This document shows positions 60,481 to 64,000 of a stretch of 64,000 nt of DNA, one piece after another (within the stretch, counting starts at the first letter, position 1; every line of letters starts with the position of its first letter). Where the stretch lies: the NCBI RefSeq assembly GCF_021028975.2, contig NC_059439.1:22940001-23004000 (forward strand), read 5' to 3'. Under the pieces are notes generated by a model that did not search any database, was not told where the DNA came from, and saw only the letters and a list, made by a program, of their open reading frames with translations. Source of the stretch: Sphaerodactylus townsendi (Eukaryota). A program made the position numbers and the translations under genes.

Positions 60481-61688
60481 GCTACACTGTGGCTAATAAA
60501 GGAGCTCAGAGAATTCTTCAAACAGTCAAAAACCAAGATCATAATTCAGAACACATCCACTAAGGATTACGTCTCATTTTGCTTTGTGGAGCTAATATCA
60601 TTGCAAACAGGAATGCACTGTGCATTTGCTTTTAGTACATTTTGGTTTCTAAAAGTAATGAATCAAATCCTAACAGCCTTTCTTCTCAATATTTCATTAT
60701 TGATTCTTACAATTAAATCTAATTTACCTGCCTATAGCACACATAAAAATGGGAATAGGTGGCAGAGATTAGTTTTTCACCAAGCTCTTTGCAGAAATAG
60801 GGTAATTCAGTAAAATAAGTGGATTAATTCATAACTTGAATTAGCCCTGTTGATTTGTTGCAGCAAAAATAGAACAATAACTTTAATTTAGCTTTTCTAA
60901 GCTAGAATCCCCTTTGTCAGAAAAATGAAATGTCCCAATACTCTTTTCTTCTTGTTAAAACATGTTGACCAATCATAAAACAAAACCCTCATTCAACTTA
61001 GAAATTTTGTTAGAACATTTTGCTTTCCTTTTAAAATTCTCAGGAGTTTTACTCAAGCAAACGTGCTTCCTACTAGTCCACAGATGGTATCTTAAGGATG
61101 TGTAAAAAATCATTAAAATTAATATGTATAATATATCTTAACTGCACGTGCTTGAAGAACTGACATTATGTTAAATAAAATTACAATAATTCAGTAACAA
61201 AGTGAATCCAAAGACTGCACTTCTAATGACATCAAAACATCAATTCGATTGCACGTAATTTGTTTTATGGATTGACTTGATGTGGTTCAATCAGTTAAAT
61301 GTTCTTTGGAGTTTCAAATACATAGACGCAAACACAAAAAGTAGTTATGAAAGAGCAAAAATAAACAAAGGTAACAAAGAACATGGTAGAAAAGTTGACT
61401 ATGAATCTCTAGTCTCGCATAGGTCATATAATTTCTGCCGGATAAAAGTCTCTATACATTTAGAAACTCATATTATGGATCCAACTATCCATAACTGGGT
61501 GCCAATTCACAGAATTATCCAACTATCCACGTATACATTTAGCAACTCATATTATGGATCCAACTATCCTTAACTGGGTGCCAATTCACAGAATGTGTGC
61601 CAGTGGAAATCCAAAAAAAGGAATGCTGAATTCTTGGGGTGGGGTGGGTGGGGGTGGGGGTAAGTGACCTGAATTTCCTAGGTTAGCC

Positions 61689-62012
61689 TAAATTAAACAA
61701 TATGAGGATTTAAAGACTGAACTGCAAAGACTCTGGCGCAAGCCAGAAAAGGTGGTCCCAGTGGTGATCGGCACACTGGGTGCAGTGCCTAAAGACCTTG
61801 GACGGCACTTAAAAACAGCACTGACAAAATCACCATATGTCAGCAGCAAAAGGCCACCCTACTCAGTTCTGCATGCATTATTTGTCGATACATCACACAG
61901 TCCTAGACACTTGGGAAGTGTCTGATGTGTGATTTAATACAAAATCCAGCATATTGATCTTGTTTGCTGTGTATTCCTGTTTTTATCAATATAACAACAA
62001 CAACAACAACAA
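61689..62012 (+). mobile_element. R4/Dong-clade non-LTR retrotransposon 3' end
   Basis: YEDLKTELQRLWRKPEKVVPVVIGTLGAVPKDLGRHL..QKATLL..RYITQS* (RLE C-terminus), short 3' UTR and (AAC)n tail. Confidence 0.8.
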
Positions 62013-62231
62013 CAAAGAATATGGTAGAAAAGTTGACTATGGATCTCTAGTCACGTGTAGGTCACATAATTACTGCCAGATAGCAGTCACTATACATTTA
62101 GGAACTCATATTATGAATGGTAACCAACTATCCTTAATTGGGTACAAATTCATAGAATGTGTGCCAGTGCAAATAAAAAAGTGCTAAATTCTTGTGTGTG
62201 GGGGGGGTAAGAGACCTGAATATCCTACACT

Positions 62232-63035
62232 AGCCTTGCCAATTCTGGGAAGCTAAGCAGGGTTGGTCCTGATCAGTATTCGGATGGGAGACCTCTAAGG
62301 AATAACAGGTCACAATACTGAGGCAAACCACCTCTGATTGTCTCTAGTCTTGAAACTCTTCCCCCCTGACCCTGCTTATTCCAATTGAACAAGGACACAT
62401 GGCCAATTATTTACAGTGGATCACCAACCCTAAATTAAGAAGAGCTTTAACACTGGCCAGATTCAATCTAATGCCTTCTATGCTGCTCTATGGCAGATAT
62501 CAACAAATTGATAAACAGAGGAGGCTATGTCCATGCAATATGGGTCAGGTGGAGACACTCGATCATACCCTCTTTCATTGTGTAAGGTTTGCAAAAATCA
62601 GAATGTCACAATCTGCACTTATCCCATTTCTGTATAACAATCTAACTGATGCTCTTAAGATACCTATGCTTTTGAACAACATGGATCCCACAGTGTGTGA
62701 GAATGTAGCAAAATTTCTGCTAACAATAATAGACGTAAGTCTAGATGAATACCAACCAATGTCTATGTATTATGACCACATATAGCCAGCAGTAATTTTG
62801 CTAGCTTCTGTCAGTATCCGATGACGTTTAAGTGAGTTAACTTAGCTGAAGGAATGTCCTATAGTTACAGAAGGACCATGTATATATTTTAGTATTTAGT
62901 ATTTTAGTACCAGCGTCTATAATTGTGAGCAATAATGGGCAAATTTTGTATGCTGATTTTGTATGTTTATTTTATGCCAATAAAGGCTTGTGACTAGTCT
63001 TGAAACTCTGCTGAGTCTCCATAAGTCAGCTGTGA
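62232..63035 (+). mobile_element. 5S-derived SINE split by a LINE insertion
   Basis: 5S-like GGAAGCTAAGCAGGGTTGGTCCTGATCAGTATTCGGATGGGAGACC. The tail resumes at 63010 (GCTGAGTCTCCATAAGTCAGCTGTGA). Confidence 0.72.
62360..62993 (+). mobile_element. 5'-truncated LINE with C-terminal CCHC domain
   Basis: 16-bp TSD CTAGTCTTGAAACTCT. ORF 62399-62785 RRALTLARFN..GRY..RLCPC..ETLDHTLFHC. Ends GCCAATAAAGGCTTGTGA. Confidence 0.88.
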
Positions 63036-63721
63036 GAGGCTCCTGCTGGCATGCATTTTGCTAGTCTCCACAATGTCATTGGATTCCTCTTGGATTTAAC
63101 TAAAATACGTGGACATGGGTGCATCCCCTTCCCACTCACATACTTTGCTAGCTTTTGAGTGCAGCTACATGGTGCATGGACTGGGGGGGTGGTTCAAGGG
63201 GTGGGATTTGTGTGTCGTTGCAGGGGGTCACTGGGATGAAAGGGGAGTGATGGTAGCAAAGAGCTCTAGGGTATGGTGCAGGTGATTTAGAAAAGGGCAT
63301 GCCTACCAAATTTGAATCCTGGGGTGTCTGCAGCCCATCCTTTCCACGTGGGGATGAACCCAGGAGCCTTGGTTCCAGCACCTTTCTGTGGGATTCCTTA
63401 CAATGGTGATATCAGAGCTTCAATGGAATGACAAATGCCCAAAGGCATCCCTCCTTTGCAAGTACCTGGCTGATCCACCGGTTAGAGCTCTTTTTTTTAG
63501 GATGAGGTGGTAGTGAGATCAAGCCAAGCCTCTTACTTATGTTTTATTAGCAACAGCACTATGATCTGAATATTTCTCTGTGCAGTCTGAAGGGAGGGGC
63601 ATTGAGAAACTGTGGCCATGTTGCCAGACACTGATTGACTGGACCTGTCTTTGTAGCTTGTAGACTCTTTGTTAATTGCAACCACATACAAGTCACGTAG
63701 GGGTGGACTGCTGGAATCAAG

Positions 63722-64000
63722 GGGCATTTCCCCACTCAGCATGATCCCCCCTGTGCCGCGTGCTGCTCACAGCACCCCTATGCCGCGTGCTGCTCACAGC
63801 ACGCAGCATCCCTAGCCCACTCCTGGGCGTCCCCACGACCCCGCACTGTGCATGGGGTCATCAAAAGGTGCCCTTTGCAAGAGCCCCAGGGATGACATGC
63901 ACTGAGGGGGAGCGGCACCGGAAGCGTTGGGGTGGCAGTGCTGTCACTGCCCCTCTCGTGGTGAGTGTCGGGGGACCCCGCGCTACTCTCCTCAAGTAGC
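63722..64000. mobile_element. Harbinger MITE related to E, cut by the window end
   Basis: Left TIR GGGCATTTCCCCACT, body colinear with 52740-52985, internal tandem duplication of about 29 bp. Confidence 0.8.

Overview
Vertebrate genomic DNA, inferred to be squamate and probably gecko from its repeats (Squam3-type CORE SINEs, 5S/Sauria-type SINEs, a SPIN MITE, squamate Penelope ends). The window is a class II olfactory receptor (OR) cluster. There are six OR6/11-like loci: three on the minus strand (3.8-14 kb) and three on the plus strand (22-32.5 kb), the last interrupted by a MITE. Segmentally duplicated units follow (about 32-64 kb) carrying three full-length OR14-like copies: one nonsense pseudogene, one with a rearranged start region and one intact. 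Several OR remnants lie among them. Mobile DNA is dense: a complete 2.6 kb non-autonomous Helitron, at least seven PIF/Harbinger-type MITEs, three hAT MITEs, solo LTRs, and CR1, L2, R4, Penelope and CCHC-ended LINE fragments. Main observations: (1) the five complete GC-rich Harbinger-type MITEs all carry GTAAG(T) splice-donor motifs, two of them bidirectionally on an internal hairpin, and three sit inside OR coding sequence. (2) The MITE in OR 31049 could be removed exactly as a GC-AG intron. (3) The OR14-like genes appear to have a hidden 44-nt in-frame upstream coding exon, and start codons differ between duplicates. Family names come from recall, not database searches. There are two assembly gaps.
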